DNA of 64,000 bases, taken from the NCBI GenBank assembly GCA_002104905.1, contig MCFE01000355.1:1-64000 (forward strand), written 5' to 3'. A program made the position numbers and the translations under genes. Positions 36,327 to 50,900 of this stretch are shown piece after piece. This DNA comes from Basidiobolus meristosporus CBS 931.73. Lineage: Eukaryota; Fungi; Basidiobolomycota. The notes under the pieces are model-generated. The model did not search any database, had not been told where the DNA came from, and saw nothing but the letters and a program-made list of their open reading frames with translations. Within the stretch, counting starts at the first letter, position 1. The number at the start of each line of letters is the position of its first letter.

Positions 36327-37850
36327 CTCATTAACCTGCATCTACTGCTTATTGTACCATATCAGAGCTGAAATCTGATGATAGTTTCACTAAAACCTGG
36401 ACCAAAATCTCTGTTCAATCTGGATAGCTCCCTATATCCAATGATGGATGCAGCTTATATACAATCTAGCAGGTTAGTAGTAAGTGGCCAACACATTTAA
36501 CAACTTGCATTGAAGATACCCTGGCTATCTGCAAGATAGCTGTCACCTCTTGGTAAAGTAAATATTAATGCTAGGATTGTGTGAGATTTGGGGTACTTTG
36601 ACCATTACTCTCACATTTTGTTACTGCTTAAATATTAGTACAAAGAGCATCATCTCCCCACAGAGAAAACATGACAAAGGCAGCAAGTAATTGCAGCAAA
36701 GGCTTCCCACTGGGAGCAATGCATTTGCACCTCATCAATACTCCCATACCAATGACTATGTTGTACAAGGTACAATTCAAGTTAAATGAGCTCTTTGAGA
36801 TACCAGATAGAGTTGAGAAATTGGCTAGAGAGTACAATGTATTTGCTATCCAAGGTACTTTCCACAGGCTATAACAGCTATTTGTACACATATGCTGAGA
36901 TATAAATGCAAGGATAGAATGAACTGGACTTTTTTATATTTGAGTGGCCTTTGAAAGCAATTTCTACCAGGGGCTTGTTGGAAGCATTGAGAGCTACATG
37001 TTGATTTTGTAAATTTTTATCTAACACCTGATCACTAATGCTTATTTGGCACATTTCAGCATTATTCATGAGTTTATGACAAAATTTTAGTGTCTATACC
37101 TCAATCATAAGGCTGAACACATACATATTCTATCTGCTGCTACTGTGTTCATTGCTTACTTCATCTTGGTTAGTGTGTGGAGAATATTTTCTTTGCTTTA
37201 TCTTTTAGGAGCTCCCAATGGAGTGATATATTGGAGGATACAAAGTCAGGTAATGTTTGAAGTACCACCATATCCCAATCTCATTAAGACTATTACCTTC
37301 AAGTCTATTATGCATGCAATGTATTGACAAATGGTGGACAGCTCAGAAGAATTGGAAATGGGGAGCATAGATGTGCACCTGGAGATACTTATGGCTTGGT
37401 ATTAGGAAGGTAAGGAGCCCAAGGCATAGGTAATAAATAATTAATGTAAGGTTGACCAAATGAAACAACCAGTTACTATTGCTTTGGCAGCCTTAGCAAC
37501 ATATCTAGCTTTCTCTGGAATACAAGCCAATTTATACATCTATCAATAAGGATTTCTCAAAAAGAAGAACCAGAGTGAATATATGAGGGGGACTAGAATT
37601 CACATAAAACAGGAATATACAGCTAAGATCTAAAACTATTTTGTGAATATTCAGGAGATAATCTTGGCCCAGGTAGCTACAACCAATGGCATGTTTGCAA
37701 GATATATATGTTACCTGCAATACAAGGTATATAGCAACTTTGCAAATATCACACCAAAAAGCCATAAAGTTGAGGTAAGACAAGTGTGTAAATTGCAGCA
37801 GGGGTGGTTATTGGCCTTGGCAGACTCTTATAAGTTGATGGGGTGATATT
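36327..37850 (+). pseudogene. CACTA transposase fragment (central and C-terminal)
   Basis: Collinear with ~32850-35230. Confidence 0.7.
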
Positions 37851-38314
37851 TTCATATCAGTTACAACCTCTGGCGCATTTCTTGGTACTTATGATGATAG
37901 ACCTGGATTTGATATTAAATCCGGAATTTGTCTCCCCAAAGCCTATATTGAAGCTATGTGATCTCATGCCTTTATGAGGCCCTCATAGTCAGAGCTCAGG
38001 GCTTCAGCTAAATGAAGGCTGTCAGAATTTTCTTCTTCATAGAGGTGTACATTTATCACAAGAGGGGTAACCTGCTTGTAGCAAATTCTCACTCCTCCTT
38101 TGCCAGAACCTGTAGATAATTTCTCATCTGGCATACAGGTTAGAGATTGCTAAGGACTACATAGTTTTATGATCTGACGCTTGAATGTCCAAGCTTGATC
38201 AGTTTTTGGTCCAATTGATTAGTTTATGTATAGCCTAATAATATATCAATATTAGACTTGTTACATTGTACTGTGCCAGGGAATATTATACAATCCTTGG
38301 ATATTAAAAATAAT

Positions 38315-38679
38315 TGTTAAAACTGTACTATTTGGTATCATTCAGCAGCTAAAAGTTTACTTAGCAGTTCTAAACTAGTCATGGTAGCTGTAGAGTAAAT
38401 TTACAGCCATAACCTTGCCACTTTCTTTCAGGTCCATGGTCCTAAGATTATTTCTGATAACTAATATCCAAATAGCACTTTACCAAGCATTATGTACTAA
38501 CCCTGAACTTTTACAGAATGCTACTGATTGTTGGGAAACTCTCCCCACTTGGTATTAAAGTTGAGCTACTTCTACAACAGCATAAACACTGAGCTTCTTT
38601 ATGAATAAGCAATAGTTCTACTACTTTCATTGTTTCTTGATAAGCTCCTTGTATCCAAAACACTTCTCAAATTACAACA
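38315..38679 (+). repeat. Copia solo LTR (family D)
   Basis: TGTT...CAACA; TSD ATAAT/GTAAT (one mismatch); matches 56259-56627. Confidence 0.85.
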
Positions 38680-40603
38680 GTAATTGGGCATAATGGTGTA
38701 ACTAGCAGTAGTCAGGGTTGCTCTTGGTCAATTTTTCACTATGTGGGATCACCTTGCACACTATAGCACAAATTGACACAATGAGGCTGGTGCAGATGAG
38801 TGTGTCAAGTTTGAATGTTTACTTCATGTGCACAATTGGATACCACTACTATCATAAGAAAAACTTGGTATATGGATATGTGTCTTTGATATAAAAAGAA
38901 ACAAATGTGTATCACACTGTAAGCTACACTGATACTTGCCATTTCTGTCACCATCACTTTAATTGATTGCTATGCCAGTAATTGATTGGCATGAAAGTGT
39001 CCTGAGACTGTGAGCCCTCAATAAGCTCATTGACTAGTTCACAAGCTACTTGATATACCATCAAATATACCATTTGCTCATTGGGCTAGCAGATTGCTGA
39101 TTTGGTGATTGGACTAGGTGTTATAGCTAGCACACAACCAATTGCGTAGGTGCAAGACAGATCTAACAGTTGCACCAGTGTTAAATATGATGGATAAGTA
39201 TACAAGGTGTTTACTCATAGGGGCTCTATTTCAAATGTGAGACAACCTTGGTATTGCTTATATCAGAAATTTAGTGATCACCAGTTAGTGATAAATCAAT
39301 CTGGACTGCAAAAAAAATGTGTTATTTGAAGCATGACAAATGATAATAATTCAAAGCAATTATATTACCTTCTCCTAGGTATTTTTCTCACAGAAATACT
39401 ACTGACACACTTGGTATTGATTCACTTGCACACCTAAGCTACTTCCTTGTTGACATGTTCTTTTACTTGTCAAAGGCTCCTGTAGTGGATGCACTTTCCG
39501 TGGGTCATGGTCAGTTAGGTCACCACAAATAGCTTGCTGATGGCCAGGTGTTACAGCATGTACAGGTGTAACTGGATGTGTTGGCTGAACCTTGGCAGAC
39601 TTTGATGTGATGCCACTTGTTGATTTAACTTGGCCTGCTCTAATGGATTTGTGTCCAATTCAGCAGCTTAGCAAGTTCGGAAAGTTTTGCTCTGACTGGC
39701 ATGCATTAACCTTGTGCATAGCACTCTTGTAAAGGGTATTGACTTGGACTGGACTGATGTGTGCCAGCACACTGGCATTGCAAGGGAAGGTAAGAAACTC
39801 CATAAGGTGTGCCAGCTCAGTCTAGTCATAGTTGCCTGCAGTCTGCATTCTTCCTCTCAAAGCTCACTCTTTGACTCTTCTATGTATTTCTCTGCCCTCC
39901 ATTTGATGCATTAGAACTGTTGCCTTCATGGCTCCTGTGCAGGTTGGTCTTGGAAGCCACTTAACTTTACTGATGTGTCTTGCTGTAGATAAGTTGTATA
40001 ATGCAAAAAACTCATTCAAAAGTTCCTTGGTTCCCACAGTTGTGGCACATATGGACACTTCTGGTCTGAGCTGCACAAATTGTCAATGGAATTGTTTGCC
40101 TGCAGCTTCCTTGTCATATCCCCTCACCCTCAGCTCAATCTTGACTTCAATGCTTGGCTAGTTATATAAAGCCCTTCATAACTCTGCTGGCAGCTTGATG
40201 TAGAACTCATGCCACAGCTTTCTACTCATGTTCCTCCATCTCTGTTGATTCTCTGAGCTATCCAGTTCTGCTAGATTAATGAGTAGTGCTCAAGTATCTG
40301 TATCAAGACTCACCATAGACACTTACGCTATAGTTAAATCACTTGACAGGAACTCAAAAGGATTCACCATTGACCTTTCCAGTCCAGACCATGTTAATGA
40401 GCTGGGGAGGGGTATTTTCTGGGTTGTACTAAGGATGAATTGAGACTTGGTATTGGTACCATAATGATTGACTTGGATACAAATTCAGTAGTATATTGGC
40501 ATCAACCCAGTCTTAAATGAGATATTTATAAAAACTAATGTAATTGATGAATTTTCCATTTATTACTCATGACACATCTTGGATTGCATAGACATGGATC
40601 AGA

Positions 40604-43600
40604 CTATTTCTTGATAAGTTGCTTATATCCAAATCACTTTTTATATTGCAACAGGTATGAGCCCCAGATACCTTAACTTATTCCAAAGATGACTTCTACC
40701 AGCAAACAAAATAAGTGGGTCTATACAACATAATGTGAGTGACATCTCAATTGCTACAAAACTGACTGACGTACACTATGTACCTGGAACAGCTAAGAAC
40801 CTACACTCAGCAAGTAAAGAAACTGCTCAGGGACTAAAATTTGTTTTTACTAAACTAATTGCTCAACATTGAGTGTAAATGGACAAAAATTAGCTTAGGG
40901 AATCAGAGATTACAATATATACAAGTTACAATGCAAGATCATTATACCTGAGTATGCCAACATTGCTGAAACTGATGAAACTAGCTGGGAGACATGTCAT
41001 AGAAGGCTAGGACATATTAGAGAATAGAAAATGAGCCAATTGGCAAAAAACCAGCTTGTTTTAGGCCTAAATTACTCAATTCCAATCAAATTAAGTGTCT
41101 GTAAGGGATGTTCATATGGCAAACAAGCTAGGCAACATTTCAGGAGCTCAGGTGGAATCAACACCACCAAAATATTGGCTGTTTTACATTCAGACACATA
41201 TGGGCCAATTAGAACACCGTCCTTTGGAGCCAAGAGATACTCTATGATGTTTATTGACAACAGGACTAGATTTACATGGGTATACTCCCTCAACACAAAG
41301 GATGAGGCTTTAGAGATGTTTGAGCACTTCAATAACATGGCCATAACTCAAGCTGGATGTAAATTGAAGGTACTTTGAAGTGGCAATGGGGGGAATACTG
41401 CTTAAAGGAGGCTGCAAAATATTGCTCATCTACTGGTATACTTCCACAGACCACTGTTACATGTGCTCCACAGCAAAATAGACTAGGAAAACATGCAAGT
41501 AGAACAATAGCAGAGATGGAAGGATCTTTGTTACATGATAACGGATTGCACTACAGGTTTTGGGTTGAATCTGTTGCTACCACAGCATACATCAAGAATA
41601 GATACCCAACAACAGCACTATGTAATTCAACACCCTTTGAAGCATATACAGGCATTGAACCGGACCTCCAGCTCCTCAGGATCTATGGCAGTGGTGTCTT
41701 TTATCACATCCCTGACAAAAAATGCTCAAAGCTGGAACCAAATAGTAGAAAGGGGATCTTTCTTGGGCATTGTGAGGATACTAAAGGGTCTGGGGTGTAT
41801 GATGGCAAAACTCAGAAGCTGATCAAGAGCAGTGACATATACTTGAGGAGAATCAGATCAGAAAGCCACTAAAATCATTAGCTAGCTGCCTGATGATGCA
41901 ATCAACACTAATGAAGAAGATATGTACCTAATTCAGCCAGATATGGAATATAATTCTACCAGATCCAGATTAGCGCAAATTATCACAGTAAGGAGGTCTA
42001 CCAGAGAAAGATATGCATCTGGATCCTGGTTATGCACATCCAATGATAATGAAGAAGCTTATCTTGCCTTATGTGCCAAACCCCAGAATCTTGAACAGGC
42101 AATGCAAAGTCCAGATGCTACTATGTGGCAACAGGCCAAGCAGGAGGAGTACTAGTTACTGATCAAGGCAAAAATGTGGGAACTTGCAGATTTACAAAGT
42201 GGGAGAGAGCCAATAGGATGTAGATGGGTCTATAGGACCAAGATAATCTCAAATGGTACTGTTAATAAGTAAAAGGCTAGATTTGTGGCTCAAGGCTATC
42301 CTAGATCCAAGGACAAGACTCTAAGGAAACATTTGCTCTGGTTGGCCTCTTTAACTTCATTAGGACAGTCCTAGCCCTGGCAGCTGTACACAGTCTAGAT
42401 CTACACTAAATGGTTGTCAAAGCAGCCTTTCAAAATGGTGATTTGCAAGAAACTATATGTATGGAGCAACCAGAAGGCTTTTCTGATCCAAAAGGCTCCC
42501 ATTAGGTGTGCAGACTTGGGCAGCTATTGTATTGGCATAAGTAGGCACCTGGAGCATATTATAAAAAGATTGACAAATATCTAGAGGAGATGGGGTTCAC
42601 TTGTAGCACTACAGATCACAACATATATGTGAAACAGCTCAAAAAGAGTGTGATCATTCTAGTACTTTGTGTGGACAACTCTATAATAGCCACAAGTGAC
42701 CGGCGGGGACTTGAACAGACAAGATCAGATCTCTTCATCTAGTTTGAGATGAAAGATCTTAGAATATGGCCCAATTTTTGTTGGAATTGAAGTGAAATTT
42801 GACATACCTACACAGAAGTTGTGGTGGATCAGATCTAAGTACATCAAGCACATTCTTAGATGCTTCAAAATGGAAAATAACAAGCCTGCAGCTACCCCTA
42901 TGGACAATAATCTAAAATTGAACAAATCTCAGCCAGTTTTGGGTGAAAATGGCTCAAATATGTTCTAAATTTTCCCTATCAATGAATAGTCAGTAGCCTG
43001 ATGTACTTGATGATGCCTACATGCTCATATATTACAGTAGCAGGTGGAATAGTCAGTCAACCCATGCAGAGCAATGGATCAGATCAAATTACAGCAGTTA
43101 AGAGGATTTTCAGATATTAACAAGACACCATAAATATAGTACTGGAATACTCTGGAGCAGCTAATGGGCAAAATTTGATGGTTATAGTAACTTGGATTGG
43201 GGTACAGATCTGATTGAATGATGTCCTACCACTGGGTATGTACTTCTTTATGCTGGTGCAGCTATTACTTGGAATTGTACAAAGAACCAACTGTGACCCT
43301 ATCTACAACTGAAGCTGAGTATATGGCTGCTGGTCAGCAACCAAGGAGCCTAAATGGCTGCAGATACTATTCAAAGACTTAGGCTTTAACCCAGATGAAC
43401 CAACAAGTATTTGTCAAGATAATGAGAGTTGTTTTTTATTTGCTAGGAATTCTACAAATCATGCCATAACTAAGTACACAAATATACAACACCACTTTGA
43501 AAGCAAAGCTGTAGAAAATAGCTTAGTAGAGTAGGTTTACTGTCCAACTGACAAAATGGTGGCAGATATATAGACAAAACCACCAGCTAGATCACAACTT

Positions 43601-44391
43601 GCATTCTCAAAGAGGAATTAGGACTAAGAAATAATTTAGTTGAGGGGGAGTGTTGAAATACTGCATTATTTGTTATCATTCAGCAGCTAAAAACTTACTT
43701 AACAATGCAAGATTAATCTTGGTCTCTGTAGGACTAAACTGCAGCCCCAATTTTGCCAGTTTCCTCAGATCTATGATCCTATGAGTATTCCCTTATAGTC
43801 AAGATCAAATTACCAACTTTTACCAAACATTATATAGTAACTCTGAAAGAGTTACACAATACTGCTGAATGTTGAGAAACTCTCCCTACTAGTGTTACAG
43901 CAATAATACTTCTGCAAAGGTTTAAATGCTGTTCCTCTTTATGAATAAAGTGTTACAAGTCTTGGTATAAGAGTTGTAGAGGAATAGGGAGTTTAGCTAG
44001 TATTGTATTCACTAAAACTTGAACTGATTTTTATTGAGGTTCCAGCAGCTCCTTGGATACATTTTGCCAGATCAATTGCTGACTAACTGTATTTCCTGAT
44101 GTAGGTTGTGGCTGAAAACTCATTGGATTGCATCTTCATCACCCAATAAGATCCTACTTAATATATCTATTTCTGTCTGATAAGGATCTGCTGATTGATT
44201 TGCTGATCAATGCTACTGATTTGATAGATAATACTGATATACTGATAACCTAAACATATACTAAATGATTTGACTAAAAGCTGATATAACTTAAACATTC
44301 AAGCGGCAGATCATAACAAATGAACAGTTCAACTATAATCACTATTTCTTGACAAACTCCTTGTATCCATATCACTTCTTGAATTGCAACA
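40604..44391 (+). mobile_element. Decayed Ty1/Copia element D1 (5' LTR mostly deleted)
   Basis: LTR remnant to 40653 and PBS GGTATGAGCCC. Integrase (CKGCSYGKQ, LHSDTYGP), RT (GCRWVYRTK, KARFVAQG) and RNase H remnants. PPT TGAGGGGGAG; 3' LTR 43651-44391. Confidence 0.88.
43951..44318 (-). repeat. Solo LTR family C inside the Copia D1 3' LTR
   Basis: 368 bp, TGTTAC...ATAACA; matches 48487-48852 and the reverse complement of 52814-53181. Confidence 0.88.
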
Positions 44392-44719
44392 TATCTCACC
44401 ACTGGCATGACAATAGATATTATAGTGCCAGATTGAACAGATAATTATAAACAGGCTATCACCATGTGGTACTATCCTATAGAACAAGTCTATTAATTAT
44501 CAAACTGGTATTTTCAGTTGACACATGAGTCAGCAGGTCCTGATCAGACAGAAATAGACATATTAAGTAAGATCTAATCAAGTGATAATCACACAATCAA
44601 ATGAGTTACTATCCACAATCCACATTGGAAGTACAATTTGTTGGCAATTTATTCAACAAAAAGTATATCAGCAGCTGCTGGGATGCCTGCAATTATATAC
44701 TCCTTAAACACATGGAGAT

Positions 44720-46578
44720 TTCACATTGAAGGAGTAAAGTGCACTGTGGACACTGATCATACTGCACTCTATTTATATTTGCTCAGAAGGTACTATCTGG
44801 AAGAGTGATAAGATGGAGTGAAAACATTCTGCAATTTGAGCTGGAGATTGTCTACTACCATAGGAAAAATACCACAGATGCTGATATGTTATCAAGACTA
44901 CAACAAATTGCACAACTCAACCTGGTACATGAATCCAATTGGCCCAGCCAACTACCTAGTACATGGAGGACCATGCTATTCCTAATGAGGCAAATGAAAA
45001 TATCAAGAAGATATCTGGGATGAAGCCAACAAGTTTATGATACAGGATTAAGCACTTTACCAATTGTTGATGAAAGCCCTGTTGCCTATTGCCCTTTTGT
45101 TGCTTGCCTGGATTTAATACATAAGCTACACAATGGGTATCAACATCTTGAAATTGAAGGAACCTATGGCCTTGCAAAAACTATAGCTTGGTGGCCAAGA
45201 ATGAAACTAGATATTGAGGAGCTAGTGAAAACATGCCCAAGCTGTCAATTCAACCAAGGTCAACCACAAAGAACTACTGAGCTCCTTCCCTTGGAGCTAG
45301 CATGAACATTTGAGAGATGGGGAACTGTCTTCATTGAATGACCACCCACTACTAGAAAATGCAATTGGTACATATTAGTAGCAAATGAACATGAGACCAA
45401 ATGGCCTCTGATTAGCTTGTATCAGTAGACAGTAAGCAAGAAGTAGCAAGTTTCATCTACAATACAATCTGGATAAAGCTTGGATGCCCTGTAGAAATCC
45501 TATCTGATAGAGGAGCAATTTTTGTGGCAAAAATATTGGAAGCCTCCCTGGCTATGCAGCAGATCAAATATCTAGAAACTTTGGCATATCACCATTTAGC
45601 AAATAGAGTGACTGAGTAGTTTGATAGAATATTGGAAAAAATGCTGGCTAAGTAAGCAGATGGAGCTGTTAGTAGATAGAATGAATAAATTGGCCAAGCA
45701 CTGTTTCCCTGCAAAGCAGGGTGTACATCACAACCCAACAGTTGCCATTTTACTTTGTGTATGGATGTAAACTAAGGATTCAGGGTGATCTTACACAGCC
45801 AAAACTCTTAGACAATCTGATGGATGAGTTCAGTCAGCCCTGTAGACCACAACACCCTGAACAAATATATCAGGAGGCACATGACAAAATTTCTGAAAGT
45901 GAATAAAAGATGAAGCAGATAATTATAAGACTATATGTACCAGAAGCATTGAGAGTTGGGAACTTTGCATTGCTAAGACACAACACTTGGAAGAGGTTTG
46001 AGCCACAATGGATGGCACATTTCAAGATCATCAGAGAATAGCCATTTGGAACTAAGCAACTAGTAGATGAACCAGGAAATATACACAAGGATCTAGTTCA
46101 CAGAGACAGACTCAAGCTTGTAAGACTTGCCAACAATGCTGAACCATCAAGATACTGGAACCATAAGAAAAGAAATTCTGGAGAACCCTCTTAGTTTTAG
46201 TAGCAAAGAATGCTATAATCTATTGTTTCAATGTGCAAGTTAGATCAAATTATAGTAAAATCAATTAGTTATATATCTAGCCTTTCAGTATATGAGTATT
46301 ATGTATCCAATCAGTAGTGTTACTCAGCAGATATACCAGCAGGCACTATCACACAGAAATGAATGCATTGAGAAAGATCTAATTGGGTAATGATGATTCA
46401 ATCAAATGAGCAATTAGCCACAACCTCTATTAGGAGATATAACTAGTCAGCAAATGATCTGGCAAACTCTATATCAGCAGTTGCTAGAGCATCAGTAGAG
46501 ATCAGTACAAGTTCTGGTGAATTCAACACTAGCTAAATACCCAATACCTCTACAACCCATTTATCAAGACTTGCAACA
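44720..46578 (+). mobile_element. Decayed Gypsy pol (RNase H-integrase) with family-C-like 3' LTR (46211-46578)
   Basis: TDHTAL..., RVIRWSENILQFELEI, WWPRMK...CPSCQ, EILSDRG. The LTR aligns to 52814-53181. Confidence 0.8.
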
Positions 46579-46799
46579 ATTGAACACTGCCTCAATTGTA
46601 AGGACTGAAACTCTTGGCAATTTCTGCTTGAATAATTGGCAGAGTCACACCAAATTAATATTAAGTTGACCACTTACTTCAGCTAGTTTCTGGCCATATG
46701 CTCTGCTGATCAGAAGCAAAAAATGCTCCACTATTAGCTATGTCAGCTCCTGAATTGGAGGGCTTTGCTTAGTGGGATTAAATAAGACTTTGTTATCTT

Positions 46800-47956
46800 G
46801 CATTTGTGCCTGACATTTATCAGACAGAAATTGATATATTAAGTAAGATCTAATTATGTGAGAATGATGCAATCAAATGAGACATAAGCTACATCCTTCA
46901 ATAGGAAATATAATAGTCAGTAAAGGATCTGGCAAAATACATACAAAGAGCTGCTGGAACCCCTATAAGAATCAGTTAATACAGTACAGCCTAACTCCCT
47001 ATTTATCTACAACTTTTAAATGAAGGCTTGTAACATTGGAAGCAGCAATAACCAGAAATCACCCTCTTGAAGAGAAAAAAAGCCACTCCCAAGATGTCAG
47101 AAAATCAAGAATGGGAGAAAGCTATGCACCAAATCCTTGCCTAACAACAGCAGTTACTCCAGAACCTTAGCTATAAACAACAAGGAATAACTACCATGGC
47201 CCAAGATTTGCAAAGCCCTGTCTAAAGCAGCTACAATAGGAGGGTAACCAATGCCATAGTCAATTAAAGCCTGGAAACTTGGCTCTTTCAAGTTGAGGAG
47301 GCTTTTGAGGTGGAAGGAGTTGCCACAGAAAGCAAGTTGTATTATGCTGCTTCTTACTTGGCAGATGCAGCTTTACAGTAGTACCACAGCAAGACTAGAT
47401 CAATCACTATAATAGGAGACTTTACCATCTCTACTTGTGATGAGTCTATGCTGGAAAATCAGAATCCTTTTGAGCCTTCACATCATCAGACACTGCCATG
47501 AAGGAAGCTGAAGACACTAAGACAGAGAGAAGTTGTTCAGGAATACCTAAATGGGTATAGATGCCTACTTGGCCAGAATGCAAGAGTTGTACCTATTGAC
47601 CAAGATGTATACATTATTGATGAGTCAAGAGAAAGAACTTGCAAGGAAGTGCATTTTCAAAAACCTTGAATATTCAAGAAGCCATTACAATTACCATTGA
47701 CTATGACTTGGCAATATTTGGAATAGAAAAGCCTACCAAGACTAACTGAAAAGTTATAATCACTATGAGAGAAGAGTGTCACAAGCAGTGTCAATGGAAT
47801 TTGGCATTATGGCAGAGTATCCTGGCTCAGAAGATTGCAGGAACAAAGTACTTTGCTTCAATTGCATCAACATGGGCACATCTCAAAGTACTGCCCTCAC
47901 AAAAGAATTGAACACTAGCCAACAAGAACTTTCAGCCATTTTGAAGCCCAAGAACA
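46800..47956 (+). mobile_element. Family-C-like partial 5' LTR (to 47035) and decayed Gypsy gag
   Basis: LTR end CTTGTAACA, then WLFQVEEAF...YAASYLADAAL...LRQ and a CFNC knuckle remnant. Confidence 0.65.
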
Positions 47957-50900
47957 TGTTGAAGTAGTGAGCTATTTGGTTTGATTCAGCAGCCAAAAAT
48001 TTACTTAACAGTTCTGGACTAGTGTTGGTCACTGTAGGAATATTTTAACGCCCTAACTTTGCCACTTTCTTCAGGTCTATGATCTTACAATTTTTCCCCT
48101 ATTGGCATAATCAAATCAGCACTTTTACCAACCATGATGTACTAACCCTGAAACTGTTACAAAATGCTCCTGAATGTTGAGAAACCCTCCATACTTAGTG
48201 TTACAGCTGTATTACTTCTATAAAGGTATAACTACTGAGCTTCTTTATGAATAGACAACCGGTCAACAATTATCACTATTTCTTGATAAGCTCCTGATAT
48301 CAATATAGCTTCTTATATTGCAACATGTTATGAGCCCCAGTTGCCTTGCTCTATTCTAAAGATAGCATCTGCCAGCAAACAGAACAATGCAAACATCTTT
48401 CTTGTAAAGGAGAGGTTTGATGGGAAGAACTACAGACTTTGGAGAATCAAGATACAGATCCACCTTGAGGAAAAAATGTCTTGAGATGTTACAAGTCTTG
48501 TTATAAGAGTTGTAGAGGAATAGGGAGTTTAGCTAGTATGTATGCACTAAAACTTGAACTGATCTTTATTGAGGTTCCAGTAGCTCCTTATATACATTTT
48601 GTCGGATGAATTGCTGACTGATTGTGTTTCCTAATTTAGGTTGTGGCTGATGACTCATTTGATTGCATCATCATCACCCAATAAGATCCTTCTTAATATA
48701 TCTATTTTGTCCAATAAGGATCTGCTGATTCATTTGCTGACTAATGCTACTGATATCATAGATAATACTGATATACTGATAACCTAAACATATACTAATT
48801 GATTTGACTAAAAACTGATCTAACTTAAACATTCAAGCGGTAGCTCTTAACAGAGATATAGTGACAGGAAGAGAAGTTGAGCCCAAAGGAACAGCAGAAG
48901 AAGTGCGTGAGTTAAAGAGGAGGGAAAAGCCTTTATTGCCATATGTATCAATGAGCAAGATTCCTTCAATGAACAAATTCATGCTTCAAATACTACCAAA
49001 GCAGTATGGGAATCCTTGTAGAAGATCATTAGTGCAAAGTTGGTCTTGAGCAAGCTTTATGTAAGATAAGTATTCTTGAACCTGAGGAAGGAGCCAGATG
49101 ATGAAATGTTAAAACTCTTTATCAGAATGGAGATACCTACAGAAGAGCTTTACAGTATCAATGCTGGTGTAGATGAAGAAGAAAAGATACTCTGTCCACT
49201 TTGCAACTTGACAGAAAAGTATGAGCCACGTATTCCTTTATTTGAAAGTAGAGAAGACAATTTGACTTTAGACTGAGTCACAAGAAGACTACTCCATGAA
49301 CAACTCAAATATAATGATCAAGCAGAGAAAACTAAGATAATCCTTTATTCAGCTCACAATGGCACACAGAAATTAAGGGAAAGCAACAAAACTAAAGATC
49401 TTTGACAGTGATGTTTTTTATCACATCCCCAACAAAATATGCTCAAAGTTAGAACCAAAGAGCAGAAAAGGGATCTTTGTCAGATATTGTGAGGATACTA
49501 AGGGGTATAGAGCATATGATGGCAACATTCAGAAGCTGATCAAGAGCAGTGACATTGTACCATAGGAGAATTCAGATCAGAGAGTCACTGAAATCATTAG
49601 GCAGATGCTTGATGATACAATCAACACTAATGAAGACAATACATACCTAACTCAACCAGATACAGTAGATAATTATACCAGTTCCAGATCAGAGCAGATT
49701 AAACTGGCTAGGAGATCTACCAGAATAAGAAATGCCCTTGGACCCTGGTGGCAGGCATTGAAGGATCATGAACAAGCTCATCCTGCCTTATGTACCATAC
49801 CTCCAAATCAGGAACAGGCAGTGCAAAGTCCAGAGGCTACTTTGCAGCAACAAGCCATGCAAGAGCAGTACTATTTACTGATCAAGGCAAAAACATAGGA
49901 ACTGGTAAATTTACTAAATGAGACAAAGCCAAAAGGATGCTGATGGGCTTACAAGATCAAAATAACCTCAAATGGTACCATTGATAAATACAAGGCTAGA
50001 TTGGTGGCTAATGGCTATTTGTAGATCTAGGGACTAGACTTTAGGAAAACATTTGCTCCTGTTGCCAAGTTAACTTCATCAGGACAGTTCTAGGCTTGGC
50101 AGCTGTACCCAGTCTGGATCTACACTATATGAATGTCAAAGCAGCCTTTCTGAATAGAGTTTTGCAAGAAACTACAATTATGGAGCAAGCACAAGGTCTT
50201 ACCAATCTGAAAGGCCCCTTTAAGGTATGTAGACTTAAGAAACTTTTGTATGGGCTTAAGCAGGCATCTATAGCATGGTATAGCAAAATTGACACATACC
50301 TAGAGGAAGCTGGGCTCATTCAGAGCACTGCAGATCACAGTGTATATGCAAAACAACCCAAAAAGGGTGTGGTTATCCTGGATCTTTATATGGACAAAAT
50401 AAAAATAACCAGAAGTGACCAGGGGCCACTTAAACAGACAAATCATATCTCTTCAGCAAGTCAGAGATGGAAGATCATGGAAAGTTGAACTATTTTCTCA
50501 AAATTGAAGTATAACTTGACATACCCATGCAGAGAATTGTCCTGAATCAGTCCAAGTATATCAGGGACATTCTTAGTGGCTTCAATGTGATACTGCAAAC
50601 CTGCAGTGGCCCCAATGGACAATAATATATAATTAAGCAAGTCTCAGCCAGTTGCTGGTTGAAATGGCCCTGATGTGTTCCAAAACCTTGTCCATAAGTC
50701 AATGGTTGGTAGCCTGATGTACTTGATGGTATTTTCAAATCCAGATAATGCAGTGGCAGTTGGAATAGTCAATCAATTCAAGTATACTATGGACCAGTTC
50801 AAATTACAGCAGTAAAGTGGATTTTCAGATATCTCTAAGGTACCATAAATATGGTGCTTGAGTACTTTGGAGCAACTGATAGGCAGAATTTGATGGTTAT

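Larger units (their letters stand above)
38254..44491. mobile_element. PHIS copy 5: old, CpG-decayed, transposase deleted, two Copia insertions
   Basis: AGACTTGTTAC...AGAACAAGTCT with TSD ATT on both sides. 38254-40603 aligns to the ORF2 side and promoter; 44392-44491 aligns to the transposase-side end. It sits inside a family-C-like LTR (~38164-38253, ~44495-44700). Confidence 0.85.

Noticed and set aside
48640-48700. CTGATGA in LTR family C as a hammerhead ribozyme core
   Set aside because: No correctly placed GAAA or flanking stems visible, and the motif is not kept in the 44110 copy.
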